Notes: generated by a model not told the origin, from the letters alone. DNA of 55,474 nt, filler included, from Sphacelaria rigidula (GCA_964200075.2; 5 parts of 5 records of this genome joined end to end with filler, not necessarily neighbours in it), one strand, 5' to 3'. Positions 11,313 through 24,059 are shown, numbered from the whole stretch's first letter. Numbers and translations are program-made.

Positions 11313-12639
11313 AATCGACTATTCATAACTGACTTTTTCGAACGAACTACGCTCAACACTAACTCCGACACAAGGCGAACGAGAGCACTCGGGAGTGGGG
11401 GTTGTAAAGCTTGCCTTGGGCAATGTGTGCGATGGCAGCGGCGCCGATTCGGACAAGGACACGTTTTGGGGGAGCCGGGAGCAATCAGCCCATCTCAATA
11501 TCAAATATCGGTGGTCAATCTATTATCAAGTTGTCATGCTCTCACAACCACAGATTCTCGACGAAAGTTTCATTTTACATCCAAACTTCAGTTAGTGGCT
11601 ACAAGAGCAAGTGTAAACATGGTAACATGGGGCATGCGTTCTGTCAAATACACAATACTTCGCTCGACAGCTTTCATTCGTTTGTATTTTGATGAATCGA
11701 CATGAATTTCATCCGAACAAATCATGCATGATCCAGGTGACCTACCCCGCGGTCCAAGAGTACGCTCAAATCCTCGAAATGCACGTCCGAAGTACATCAA
11801 CATGAAAAAAAAAAATCCACCTCTCGGGCGCAACATCACCAACAGGTCGGGGCTGGGTCAAGTACTGGAACAATCCCAATAACCACTGATGTGTCAAATA
11901 CGGCCTTGAATCAAGAGGTTGAAGACGATTCCACCTCGACAGTGCACATAAAACAGAGGCGCAACTGATCAGCATAAGCTACAGCGTCAAAACTATCGCC
12001 ATTGAATGTCAGCCCGCGATTTTGTTCCGAGTTGGAGTATTGGATTGTTCGGGGTAAACTATCTCGCCGCCAGGGAAAATCACGTTGTTGAATCGACATC
12101 ATCCAAACATGAAGAAAAAGTAACGGCCGGCATCGCCCCGACGGTCAACGGGTCAGCCTTTTCAGCGCAACTCTTTTGTCACCACAATGGACACTTCGTT
12201 GAATCGGCATAATCCTCCCTCGGGACTCAGTACAAGTATTCGACCCATATCGCCCGTCCGGGAGGTCAGAGAGCTCAACTTACCCCATCACTGCGAGGGG
12301 AGGTCATTCGGGTTACCCTTTACTTGGTCAAATGAAAGTGATGCCAATTCAACAGATAGCCTACGCTGGAGGTCAGTCAAAGGGCTAGCCCCTCGACCGT
12401 CACGTCTTCCGGGCTGGGGTGCCATGCAACAATTTTCTGAGTTAAATTGATGCCGATATCAGCACATGATCTACCCTCGCCGAGGATTTCGTCAATACCC
12501 GTTTAGCCACAAGGGGTCGTCCACTCGGATCATGCACACTTTTCCCAGTGAAATTGAAGCCGACTCAAACAATGCTCTAGGCTCGCCGTCGAAGGGTCAA
12601 CACCATGAATTGTGAACAGATCGAAGTACAGTTGTAGGG

Positions 12640-14360
12640 GGAAAGTTCCATGTCCATTTTCTTGCTTCTAGTTATCAAGAATGAACTGTGGGCTCGTTTG
12701 AGGGAGATTTGGCATATTCTCGTGTCTTGACATCATGGCCAACACCTTGTTTTACGACACTTGTCGAGGCTGCTACTCGTATGCTGGGAAAAATCACACA
12801 CTGTGTGACCTTCCTCTTTCGAAACTGCTACAGTACGTCTTAATACTGCACAACTCGGGCAGTTGCATAGTTACATGAGTTCGTTGCTTTGCCAAGGCCT
12901 CTTGGTCGAGCAGGATTTTCCATCCACCACACTGCACTTTGGGTGCAGCGTGGCCAAGCATGCTGCGAAAGCGGAATGGCTCGGTTTGGTTGGCCGCAAC
13001 CGCAAGCCTTGAAACAATGTTCCACGAGAAAAAATCAAGGTATGTCAATATTTCATAACTCTTCGAGTAAGTTGGGGTAGGGTACTTACTTATTGCTTGC
13101 CTTCGTTTGACCATAGACCACGCCTCCCCTTGTTGGGGAGAGGGGGAGATTGGGGATATCCAAGAAATATGGGCAATGCAATGATCACTATTCCAATGTG
13201 GTCAACGTTTAGTTGTTGCTACGATATGGGCACGAGTAGATTCTTCGCGACTGAGCCATTTCGATCCCAATTATAGAACACATGTCCAGATGACATTTGA
13301 CCGTAGGTATCGTGCCTGATGGCCGTTCGTCTGATGCGGCCGCGGGCTTGTGTGCATGCCATCACGGCATGGGCTCGAACGTATTGTCGGTAGTGTACAG
13401 CCAACGGCATTGAAGATACGTGTGCCACCGGTACAGAAGTGTGGTGGCTGACGATGCGACACGCACGGTAACCATCATCTCTACTCCTCGTCTGAGTCGT
13501 TCTCAGTATGATGGAAACTCAGAAAACTTTTGAGCCGCCAGGCCAGGGAGCATGGTACTCTACTTGGTGTTTTGTGACTCATGATCTTGTATGCCATATT
13601 CATGGGGCTTTTGACCTCGCATCCCCACAGAGCCGGGACGAAGCACGCCGGGTTTCTGCGGGACCACGCTCGCAGTTAGTCACCGAGCGCGAAGCGCAGT
13701 CATGTGTTCGGCGAGTGACATGAAGGGTGAGCTGCATCCTGCTAAGATTGTTCGGTCCGCCTACTGATAATCTTGCCTTTCGATGACAGCCTTCAATGAG
13801 TTGCTTCATCTTTTAGTATCTCTACTTCCAGAGACACATGGGTTGCGCACTGCCTCATGGGTGGGGGGGATTCATACAAAATGTCACTGTCTCCTCACCT
13901 GGAGGGAATGTCGACGTTGAGGATCCCACCCGTGACATCGCACCCTTCCGACACGTTGCACCATGCGTGTACCTGGGTAAACAAGCAGGTGCAGTGCAGG
14001 CAAGCGTAAGAGGCACACACGTGATTCACCTCGTCGCATGCTGGATCATGGGGTACAGCTATGACACAGTATAACAACCCAAAACGATGAGGGCCGACCA
14101 GAACGAGGTGATCAGCGATACCGAAAATTGAAACGGTGTGCAACGAGCGGTAGTAATGGTATCCTTCACCCTGTGCGCCCTGTGAAGCTACAACGAACTT
14201 CTAGCCTGCAATCAACTCCCAGAGCGACGGGCCGCACCAGATACTGTCAGCTGCCAGCCGAGAAACGTCCATTCTCCGTTCCCCCACCCTCGCAGCCACT
14301 CGAGAATCAGGGAAACCTGAAGAATGAATTGAAAGAAATCCTACCGAAATTCAGGTATCT
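12640..14360 (-). pseudogene. Degenerate piggyBac-like (DDD) transposase, apparently interrupted by spliceosomal introns
   Basis: Motif-like peptides in piggyBac order on the minus strand: ITSFWSALIVLG (~14075-14115), HAW...IPSR| exon (~13899-13972), MKQLIEG (~13800), KPHEYGIQ (13587-13610), DGMHTS (13346-13363), WWMEN (~12915-12930), QGVGHD...EY (12732-12749), RKW (12654-12662). Stops and frameshifts are present. Recognised by eye only. Confidence 0.45.
13071..13138 (-). mobile_element. Short LINE-type 3'-end copy (same family as 7380 and 55421)
   Basis: GGGTACT...TTGCTTGCCTT...GACCATAGACCAC, flanked by GTTGGGG at 13071-13077 and 13132-13138. Confidence 0.6.
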
Positions 14361-15254
14361 AGGGGGAAACTTTCTCAACATCATCCCCATGCCATCGCCC
14401 ATAATGAACGCTTCCGAAAAGTGAAGGTACGGGTACTGCCTTGAAATTTGCATGGCCCCTTGCTACTGTATTATTAGTATCGTCATCATTGGCATCTGGG
14501 GGGGGGGCAAGTTTGTTTCACTATTCCCGTACTCCACCGTGATTCTATTAGGTGATCGCTGCTGGCTCGCAGCTTGTGGGGCCCCTTGTTCGGGGTCGAA
14601 GTGTAACGCCACACGCTTTTTGTTCACAATTGTTGGAAAGATGACGGACCTCATTGCTATTTCAGTGTGAAAACACCCTGCGCTCAGAATTCTTGCTCGA
14701 CTATTCACTCAGACTCACGTGGAAACCAATGCATCATGCTTGATGCTTGTGTCATACTCGAGAGTGCCCTCGGTGCGCAGTCGTCATGCTCCAATCACTA
14801 TCGTTAGTGTCCTGAGGTGCTAATCTACTCTGAGAGGTGCTGAAAGCACACACGAGGTTATCAAGGTGCGCAGGTCGCAATGAACATATAACAGTACAGA
14901 CAGCAGCCGTCCGAGACAAATTTTCACACCCATAACTTCAGAGAAGGATGAGCTCTTTCATCGAACTTTCCGGGTGCGCGCGGAAAGGGTATACCTAAGC
15001 CTGATCACGGGGTGGTTCAAGTTTGTAATAAGATTTTTCTTCCCCGTCAATGTCTGATGAGAGTATTTGGATAGTAGCACAGCTAAGTGACGTATGAAAA
15101 ATTGAATTTTTCACGAGCACCAATCGCGGTGAACGAACACTCGAGGGATACGTGAAGACTGATGAAACTAGTTGAATAATTTTCGTGGAGAAATCAGAAA
15201 ACTGTACCTCGTTGTCTATGGATAACAAGAACTATGGGCGACAACTTGCAAGTG

Positions 15255-15898
15255 TGTGTGTGTGTTGATTGTTGCCATACCATCTATTCTGGACGCCAAT
15301 TTTCATCTTTCGAATTCACCTCTTGGTATATGTGGACGCAGCAGCCGAGGTCACACAGGAGGAAGGTCAACACAGAAGTTTTTCTATATCTTTTGTTATT
15401 GGTATCTCACGTTACTTTTGCGGTGCTTGCCTTTATTTTTCATCGCAAGCGGGGTTCAGTAATCCCTTTCCTTCGTCGACCGTCAGGTCGAGTTTGGTGT
15501 ACCCACGACATGGTCGCTCTCCACTGTTGAGCATGGTGTGAGAAACAAAGGTTCTGACATATATACATAGCTGCAGCAGTGCACTTGTTTCTGTTCCGAT
15601 TGCCCTGTATTCAAATATATACGAAAATAATAAAAAATGAGTCGCCCCTGACCAACAGACGGTGCACTTTGGTTCTATTCCGATTGTGTCCCAAACTAAA
15701 ATATGTGTGAAGACAATCCCAACTGCACCGTCAGTGTCACGAATGATGACGAATATCCCAGCGAGTGAACTACCGATGTATATGTCATAACCTTTAACCT
15801 TTGGTGAGAAAAAAACCCAGATCGCTCCGAGAATTGAACTGACGACCCAGCCGTCAGAAGGTTTCAAGGTTACCAACTGAGCCACTCGGGCGACCGGC
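15255..15898 (-). mobile_element. tRNA-derived SINE family 1, full length but split by a nested MITE
   Basis: Body ~15280-15545; head 15812-15898, whose reverse complement is GCCGGTCGCCCGAGTGGCTCAGTTGGTAACC... (A box) with a degenerate B box. Confidence 0.85.
15546..15803. mobile_element. MITE with CAAAGGTT termini and 8-bp TSD (hAT- or P-superfamily-like)
   Basis: TSD GTGAGAAA at 15538-15545 and 15804-15811. Left end CAAAGGTTCTGACATATATACAT; right end (reverse complement) CAAAGGTT[AAAGGTT]ATGACATATACAT. Confidence 0.85.
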
Positions 15899-17145
15899 TT
15901 TAGATAACTTTGAGGACGAACTCCACTGCACTGTCAGTCTTACCGAGCAAGCAACGCCTATGGATAGATGACCCGAAAATATTTTCTTCCAAACTGGTGA
16001 TGCTCCGAAATCCTGTGAATTATGCCGTACCCGGCTGGAGATCGGATTATATTATAAGCACACCGTAGTCGAGTACTTACTCTCAGTATAGGATCCCAAC
16101 CCGGTGCAGCGATCCATCACTCCTTCAACAAACGGTGTAGATAGTTGCACAATTTCACCAGAGGTAAATGAGATCGTCTTGCGCCGGTTTTGCTCCCGGT
16201 CCTCAAGTGCGGTTCAATTCGGCTCATATAGTGTACCGCACAACAGCGGGACCCCGTACCACTCGTAAGGCGCGCCCACGTCTTGAACGTCGAACTGAGT
16301 GCTATGGAGGGCGAATCATTGATGGGGACAGCTCCATCGTTCCTCCCAAGGGGTGAACACAGTCATAATCATAGTCTCTCTCTACTGCGAAATTCACCGT
16401 ATCATACGCCAAACAACGCCTAGTTGAGCCGAAAAACCATCAGGCTGGTCCCGGGCTTCGAAGGTCAAAGCCGGGAGCAGAGACCCCTTTTCGGGTGACT
16501 TTGATGCCGATTCAACACGTGGAGATAGTTGCGCGGTCAAACGGTATGGGAAAATTCTGCGCATCAGACCGCACGAAAAGGCACGAAAAAGATGGGACGA
16601 AATTATCCAAGTGTTTGAGCGAATGAACATCACTGCAGCGTCTGTAGTGTGTGTGCGAGCTCTCGAGTGTGTTTGACCATTTGCCCAAACATGTACGTAC
16701 AGTAAAAAGATCGTACATGCGTACATTTTTTCGTCGTAGAGGAATGAGTACAGTACGTGTTCGAGTGGCGGTGCGCGCATAGGGAGAAAGTAAAAATACC
16801 TGCTTACATCGACACGTATACAACAGTGCAGTGTACGGCTACGGAAGACGGTCTAGCCTGAAAATCGTGACTCAACTGATGCTGCACACAAAGCAGCCGG
16901 GATGCGAAATCTCGAAACCGCCCACGAGAGCACACGAATACCCTGAGAGACATTGCGACAGCATTTTGACGGCTAGCCCTCGCGTCCCCCTGCCTCTCAC
17001 ATTCACACATCGTGCACCCTTCTCTTCTTCAGTTTCGGTACTATTTAGTTCGTGCACAAGCAACCCGCCCGTATACCTGTAAAGGTAAGGTCATTGCGGT
17101 ACCGTGTACCGCCTGCACTGCTGTACTGTTGTTGAATGCTCTCAC

Positions 17146-17248
17146 CTTCGTGTCACCTCTGTAAAGATCAACATCGTACGGCCCCGTGACGCTCGAATCC
17201 GTCTCGAACGCGACTTGCACTTCTTGGCCAGCGTTTACCTCATCATTG
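17146..17248 (-). CDS. Isolated candidate exon (NDEVNAGQEVQVAFETDSSVTGPYDVDLYRGDTK), possibly an extracellular beta-sandwich fragment
   Basis: TAG acceptor, AAG|GTGAGA donor, 103 nt, protein-like composition; neighbouring exons could not be joined cleanly. Confidence 0.3.
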
Positions 17249-20084
17249 CTATTCGGAGGGAGGGGGGGGGGAATCGAGAGATCGAATTAGATATGATCAG
17301 GCGCCATGCAAACGTGCATGGGATACACGTAAGAGTAGTCAAGTTTCGAGATTTATATGTCAGATTTACAGCACATGACAGAAAATGCCGTACAGACAGT
17401 ACCAGCCAACAGCGCAGGTTGGCCGTGCGCGCGGGTAAAGGCCGCGGATCGAACGAGAGGGCTTTTACCGAAAAACCGGATAGCAACCCTACAATGGCGC
17501 AGTAGTCATATCCTGACATGCCTTGTGGTGTTATGTACATACCACACGTCATCGACGTCAATTCCCCACACTCTACAGCAGGACAACGGAGGGGTGGCGG
17601 GTATGCGCGGATTGTTGATTCTCGCTGGCCTGCTGGCAGAGAGCAACGGGACATCTTCCCATTTCTACCGTCCTCGCTCGGTCAAGCTTCAAGATTTCAC
17701 TTCGTTTTCATCTGAGCCACAGACTCAGCACTTCGCGAATCGATGGCACCAGCTGCGCACCCTCGGGCACATTGGTTGTACAAAGGGCAAGCGATCAGAG
17801 TCGCTCGACTTTTCATCATCCCCTGTCTGAACTGCCAGAAAGTCAACCTGATGTTTCTCGTGTTCGTTGAACACCTCGGAACGGAAAATACGACTCCAAA
17901 GTTTTGTCATTCAAGACTAGAGAGAAGCTGCGGGGGGTACCGTGCGAGCGGTCTTGCCCTGTTTCTTGGATTACAGGAAATGGGTGTTAGTGGGGATCTT
18001 CTTCCCCTTATATGTAATCCAGACTGCGTTCCTCTGTAGAAACAGCAGTCTGCCGTATGCGCAGGACTGGGGACCTTTAGTGTGCGCAGAAATACGCGCA
18101 TGCTCCTCATGAGCGGGCTGGGCGCAGAATGTGGTGAGGTTTTTTCTTGGCCCCCAACTTTCGAGCTTATTGAATTTGAATACGATGAACAACAAGAGGT
18201 AAATTTTTCACTGCTCTTTACCTGGTGGGAGCGGTGACGGTGATGCTGTCGGATTGTCCTGCAACAAGCTCCGCCAGCAACACGAGTAGCGCTGCCAGTA
18301 TCGCACGGAGTACACACAATAATGGGGGCATATAAATTTAGTAGACAGACTTAGCTTGGTCGTGGGTGAAGACGAGGTTTGGGAGTCAAGGCATACTTTT
18401 GGTTTTGGCAAACAACGTGAAATACAACAGAAAAATCACTGCCGCGAACTTGACCACAGGAAAACGGACAACACAAAACATTAAACCAGCCCGGCATGCT
18501 TTATGCACAGGACTACATTCATCATCCATGGCGGCACACTGTATCGATGAACGCCAACCCTCTATTCATGCTCGCATGAACGGAAGACTGAGGATGCCGA
18601 CCCAGCTTGAATCATCGCCCCCAACCGACGAATCTGCGAATGCAACACATCTCGAGCAGCGGAAGCTACAACACAGTGCATTTACGGTACAGTGACGGTT
18701 GCCTCGTGTGTCAACTGGAACCAAGCGAAAGGAAAAATCGGGGGGGAATCGGTTGACAATGTGTCGGACGTGTTTTCATGTGGATACGCAAAATGTGTCA
18801 GCTGTGGGCGGTGAATGCCTCACATTCCCGGCGTGCTAAAGTACAGAGCGGCTCACAAGTGCTGAATGTCGGAGTACTTCAGGAAGACGGAAATCCAACA
18901 CTATGGAAAATGTACTCGAAACGACTTGTGCGATGCAGTGGCCCTACCGACTACTCCAAACTCTGCACTGCAAGCTGAAGCTCAACTGTTTTGATCGAAG
19001 TAGAGACCACGATCTTGTGGTACTGCAGGATAGCATACAACGGGCAGGCATACATCGAGATCATCCGCTCTTGCGAATCGAACCGAACATGGTGCACGAC
19101 AAGCACACTCACCGACGAGGGTAACACCCCCCGGCCACCAGCTGCCGCCCGAAGGCATGCTGCTCCACGCCTGGGCTCCGTACAAAACCTTTTTTGGATC
19201 GCCGTTATAAGCGTTCAGGGTATTTTTCCTCCTTTCGTCTGGTGATTTTGGCTCTCCGTTTCACAACACGCGAACCTTTTGCGCGTGATGTGATGCGATC
19301 GGCTAGTATGCTGTCCCAAAACACGGCGTGTACGGTAGCAAAAGACCGGATGGTCTAGCTGAGGCGTGGGATTGTATGCACTGCAGCAGTGAGCAATTCC
19401 AGCAGGAGCACGAGACCGGCACCACCAGATCAGTAGCGCCACCAGATCAGCAGCGCCACCGGCTCCTTTTCTGACGGTGAAGTACAGGTACAAGCTGCTG
19501 TTATGAAGGAGGTCTGAGTCTATCTGTGCACAACCGACGACCGACCTCCAGAGACGCGGGGTAAATTTTAAGTCTACGACCACAATAGACGTTACATCAA
19601 GATAAAAGTTGGTTCCGGGGTCCTCAGCGCATGTGTGATATACTAGGCATGGTTCCAGGACTTGAGATGTTCTAAGAAGATATTTCGCTTTGGACATGAA
19701 TACCGACTATAGTACACGGCACAACTGTACGTAGTCCGATCAGTGGCACTGTCAGTTGTACTCCTGCCTGTGGGCTATGGGCACCAACAGAACACACGCA
19801 CACCTCTCTGAGCTAGACCAACCAGGGACACAGAAGACTTCAGATTAGCACGAAGTACCACGTACTACGTGGGGTAACTTTCTCTGTAGATCTACAAAGC
19901 CCTCTGTGAAATCGGTGACAGCCATCACTTACAGATTTCAGATTTCAGACCGTGGACGGTTAATTACAGACTGGTAATAACGGTTTTGTTGGTTATTATC
20001 TAATCCAGTGTAGTATGTACGAGATACGTAAATGTACTACAGAGAACAGTCAGTGCAACTGTGTAGAGACCTTGGACGGCGACA

Positions 20085-20176
20085 TGCGTTGAATCGGCAT
20101 GATTTTCACTTGGGAAGTGTATGCATGAATGGTTATCTATGATCCGGATGGAGTGCCCTGGCGGTCTAATGGTTAA
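20085..20176 (+). mobile_element. piggyBac-type MITE end
   Basis: GAATCGGCAT...TGCATGA...GATCC...GCGGTCTAATGG|TTAA; same layout as 11118-11191 and (reverse) 41536-41610. Confidence 0.6.
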
Positions 20177-21341
20177 CTCATTTGTCCTGGCGGTCTAGCT
20201 TTTGTGAGAAACTGAAGTTTCCGGAGGCGTCGATTTTGATTACGAGGAGTCGAGTCGTTGCGGATCTTTTGTTGGCGGCGCGTTAGCGAATGCGCTCCGA
20301 ACCCATGCTCTTCCTGTCCCGTTTCCAGCGCAACACGTGAGAGCTGACAAGGTCGCTGTGGAGGCCGCTGTATATTTTTGACAGTAACGTGATGCCCTCT
20401 GGCCACGATGTTGCTCCAAGGGTTGATCATTGATGCAACAAGACGATTCGAGGAGGACTTGTTGAGGGGACATCAACCTCAGAACCTCCCAATTTGCTTC
20501 AAATAACCAACCAGACCAAAACCATACTCTGTACACTGCAGAATAGAGGACGAGGATTCTCCAACGCCCAACGCTGCACACACCAGCAGCCAACGATAGC
20601 GCACATTATTTTTCTCTCTGCTGCTATTGCATGCCACGTAGCCTCGTGGAAGGTATGCATAGTGTGCACCGATGATGCTGTTGATATTTTCTGTACTCCA
20701 AGTATGCGGCACGGTCGCATTCCGTCCCGTTATTTCGCCAGTTGATACTTCAAACATGTTGTCAACCGGTTTACAAGGTGAGTGACCGTCGAGAACACGG
20801 CAGAGGTCTGACCGAGGTTACAGGAGATAACCATCCCCAAACTATAACTGGGACACTTTCATGGTCACTAATGTCAAAGTCTCGCGGGCACAATCCTCAC
20901 GTCAGTCTAGAAAAGAAAATGTACTTCGACTAAAGAATTAGTGGAGACGAGGCGGAATCCGAGGGGTGCTTCTTGTCTTGTGGTTGTTGTTGTGATGTCA
21001 ATCCTTATTCTACTGGAAAATGGCCATTTTACATTCGAAATTGCCAATTCGAGGTATCCAATACGAGTTATCCTTGTAAGTGAATGCAACATGGAAACCG
21101 CATACTATGATCTCGGATTATTACTGGGGGTAAGAAAACCTTACGGCCGAATCGGGTCAAGTTTGACGTGGCAAAAAGGTCAGAAACGAATGAAGTTTCA
21201 GCACATGGACCAACGGGTCCTGATCGATTAATTTGAATTCAGAATCACTTGCGGGCTAATGTTGCCCCGCTTCTGTTTGGGATGTCTCAGTAATTCAAGA
21301 CCCCATCGAAAGTTGAACAAATTTAAAATTCAAGGTCAAAG

Positions 21342-21811
21342 GTTCTGTAGGGTATACCAGGAAGTGGGGGGAGTTTGGTTGGCAAACTAAAAAACGATAC
21401 CGAAATGTGTAGCGAGCATTCCGGTATGGTTCGGAAGGATATCGAGCCCTGCTCCAACACTCTGATGTCGCCTGGAAGGGTGTGTTATTCACCGATAAAA
21501 CACGTGTGTTATACAGCTGCGTACTTCTGTAAAAATGCCGAAATTTTCAAGGTTGTATTATTTAGGGTATACCCGGAAGTGGGGGATTTTCCGTTGGTAT
21601 GCTAAACCATACCGGAACGTGTACCAAACATTCCGGATTGGTCCGGTAGGGCTTCGAGCCTTGTTTCGAACAATCCGCTATTGCTCGGAAGGACATGTGT
21701 AGATAAAATACCTTTTTTACCCTCGTATAAATAATGCCCGAATTTCAGCCTGTATACCCTACTACTACTGAACGTAACCTTGCAAATTTCAGCTGGTATT
21801 CCCTACAGAAC
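21342..21811. mobile_element. MITE with 19-bp TIR and an internal ~216-bp diverged direct repeat
   Basis: GTTCTGTAGGGTATACCAG (21342-21360) vs CTGGTATTCCCTACAGAAC (21793-21811), 1 mismatch. TAGGGTATACC.GGAAGTGGGGG occurs at ~21348 and ~21563. Confidence 0.75.
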
Positions 21812-22057
21812 ACATCGTTGGAAAATTTGCTGCATGGCACGGAAGACTATGAACGGTACCGAGCGATGCTACGGTAGGGGTGCACATTTTGCGCAAAATA
21901 TTGTCTGGTTCAGGGGCTCCTACCGATCCGAGATGAACAAGAATATGGATCAGGGTATCCCCGTTTGCAAATTCATTCGGAATATCCCTACGAGCTGGGC
22001 CAGCCTAGAGGCTGCATGAAAGTTTGCAGGCGGATGCGCCGGGCAATATTTGGAGTT

Positions 22058-22132
22058 GGTCGCCCCGGTGGCTCAGTTGGTAACCTCGTAACCTTCTCAT
22101 GGTTGAGGTGGGGGGGTTCGATTCCCGGAGCG
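22058..22132 (+). mobile_element. SINE family 1 tRNA-like head, cut by the contig end
   Basis: GGTCGCCCCGGTGGCTCAGTTGGTAACCTCG...GGTTCGATTCC (A and B boxes). Confidence 0.8.
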
Positions 22133-22232
22133 NNNNNNNNNNNNNNNNNNNNNNNNNNNNNNNNNNNNNNNNNNNNTTAATTAATTAANNNNNNNNNNNN
22201 NNNNNNNNNNNNNNNNNNNNNNNNNNNNNNNN
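22133..22232. other. Artificial contig-joining spacer
   Basis: N44-TTAATTAATTAA-N44. Confidence 0.97.
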
Positions 22233-22344
22233 CGCCGCTGCTTTCAATTACGATTTACCTTGGAATTTCGTCTAAGAAGTGGCCCAAAATCCCCCCCTCC
22301 CGTATCGTGAGATGATTCTGCAAAGCTGCACGTTGGACGCTTTC

Positions 22345-22583
22345 TACGATAGCCCCCCCCCCCCCCAAAAAAAAAACAGCCAACAACTGTCACGAAGAAA
22401 ATGGTCATACAGCGCCTGATGCTTGGTTTTAGGCTGCATGGAGCGCCTCATATGGGCGACACGGGCGAAAAACCCAAGCGTTGGAAATCCCAGCTTTTTG
22501 TTGTGCTTGGCTTTTTTTCATTTCGATTCGCGTCTAGATCTTGCCTCCCCCAACCAACCACGTTTCGGAGGGGGGCTATCGTA
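22345..22583. mobile_element. Tc1/mariner-pogo-like MITE (TA + CGATAGCCCCCC termini); diverged second copy at ~26927-27158
   Basis: TACGATAGCCCCCC (22345-) vs GGGGGGCTATCGTA (22570-22583). Internal TGATGCTTGGTTT.AGGC.GCATG.AGCGCCTCATAT.GGCGAC is shared with ~26990-27032. Confidence 0.7.
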
Positions 22584-22949
22584 AAATATGTCGTTGTTGA
22601 AGCCCTTTTCACGTCGCATTGTAAGCTGAGAGAACTGATGATATTCCTGGGCTGTCTGCACTGCACACGTTGCTCGCTTCTCTTTAAAATTCTACTGTAC
22701 AAGACACGCTCACACGCACTCAAGGCACACTGTTTGCAAGCACTGCAGACAGTACAAACTGTGCTGTACAGGAGTGACCATGTACCACTTCACGAATTTC
22801 AGTACTTTTCGATCGAAAGCTTGAGAATCTCTTGGACCCAAGCCCAAAACAATGAGCGATTCTCGGTCAAATCAGTTCTACCGCCCCATGTTCTCGTTCG
22901 TAAAAAAAATGCCAAGGCATGCCCACACACACACAGTTACATTACGGGT

Positions 22950-23485
22950 GCGCCTGATCACCCAAAATGGGCAAATGAAAGTGTCACCGACCAAAACGAC
23001 CAAAAGCACGAAGGGACCGGAAATCTTGTTCATACCCTGATGATGAACGCCGTAAAATCACTCGAAGTACTTCTACTCGCGGGGCCTACAGAACCCCAAA
23101 TGGATAACAATTGGTGAGGCTATTGCGTGGACGGCGTGGGCAGACTTTCTCACGACACTTGTGGTTCCCGGAAACACGGAATTTGTTGTAAAACGATATC
23201 TTGCATGTTGCACCGTATTGCTCTACCGGCCTCAGCACACGCACTGCACAGCCTGAAATGTCGCGTACGCCCTTGAAATGCATGTCGTTCTGCCACTTTC
23301 CAGAAAGATGCACCTCACAGCTGTCTCATGTTTGTGGGCAAGAAAGCCGTGGCACTGGCCTGCACGGATTGAACAAATTCCGGCAACCTCGACGGCACTC
23401 ATCGACAGCGAAAGGAAGACACCGATGCACCCGATTCTCCTTTGGCGACAATTGTTTTTGTAAAGTTCCCATTCTCACAACATAA
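22950..23485 (+). pseudogene. Possible piggyBac transposase C-terminal relic
   Basis: ...VTDQNDQKH... resembles GGVDxxDQ; a downstream HFPERC...HVC...CF stretch resembles the Cys-rich domain. Heavily degenerate. Confidence 0.3.
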
Positions 23486-23653
23486 TAGCGAAAAAGGACG
23501 CTCATTTTCACTCCCTGTTGCTCCCCTTCGATATAGCAAAAATATGAACGAAAACACGAGAAACGCGACAGCCAGAAAGCGCCGTGCAAGAAAAAAAACA
23601 CCCGCTGTATGTAGCTGTACCCCCGCTCTCTCACTACGTCGCGACAAAGTCTC

Positions 23654-24010
23654 TCATGTCTGGCGCTCTCGCTTAGCAGTATGCGATGCGATCATCGCCA
23701 TCTTCGCTTTAGACGGGTGGTACGCCGCGTCTCCGTTGCCACTCTTCTCCACTGCCGCCTCCAGGACGCCGAGGTGAGACGACCGTTCACCGTAGTAAGC
23801 CTGTGGGGCACGCCGCTCGCGCCGGCTGTCGAGGATCTCAACCTTCTCGTTCAAGTCCGGCCGCGTACGAAAACCCTTCTTACTCCCACCTTTTGCTTTC
23901 GGGCGTTTGGCTTGTCCCATCCCAGCACCCTCAGCTGCTCTTGCTTTGCGCTTGCCAGTCTTGGCGACGCACGTACTGCAGATGCGGTGCATCTCGTTGT
24001 CGTCAAACAC
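23654..24010 (-). pseudogene. Fragment resembling a pogo/Tigger (CENP-B psq-HTH) transposase N-terminus
   Basis: RTRPDLNEKVEILD resembles the RxxLTLxEKxxII HTH start, preceded by a basic linker and CSTC; no DDE domain follows. Confidence 0.4.
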
Positions 24011-24059
24011 GCTTTCGCATTTGCTGTGGAGCCGCCTGCCACATCCTCCCTGTCAAACG

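Noticed and set aside
20542..20652. Exon-like hydrophobic segment (IAHIIFLSAAIACHVASWK) as the missing TM1 of the 7TM gene
   Set aside because: Different contig; adjacency is an artefact of length sorting.
22058..22132. Possible tRNA genes here and at 52903, 54110, 15898, 41237 and 48731
   Set aside because: A/B boxes are present but there is no proper acceptor stem, and wherever the flank is visible the head continues into a shared repeat body; these are SINE heads.
22401..23117. Longest ORF in the track (238 aa)
   Set aside because: Runs through a MITE and a dispersed repeat (22760-22925 is homologous to the reverse of 49540-49700); no coherent domain.
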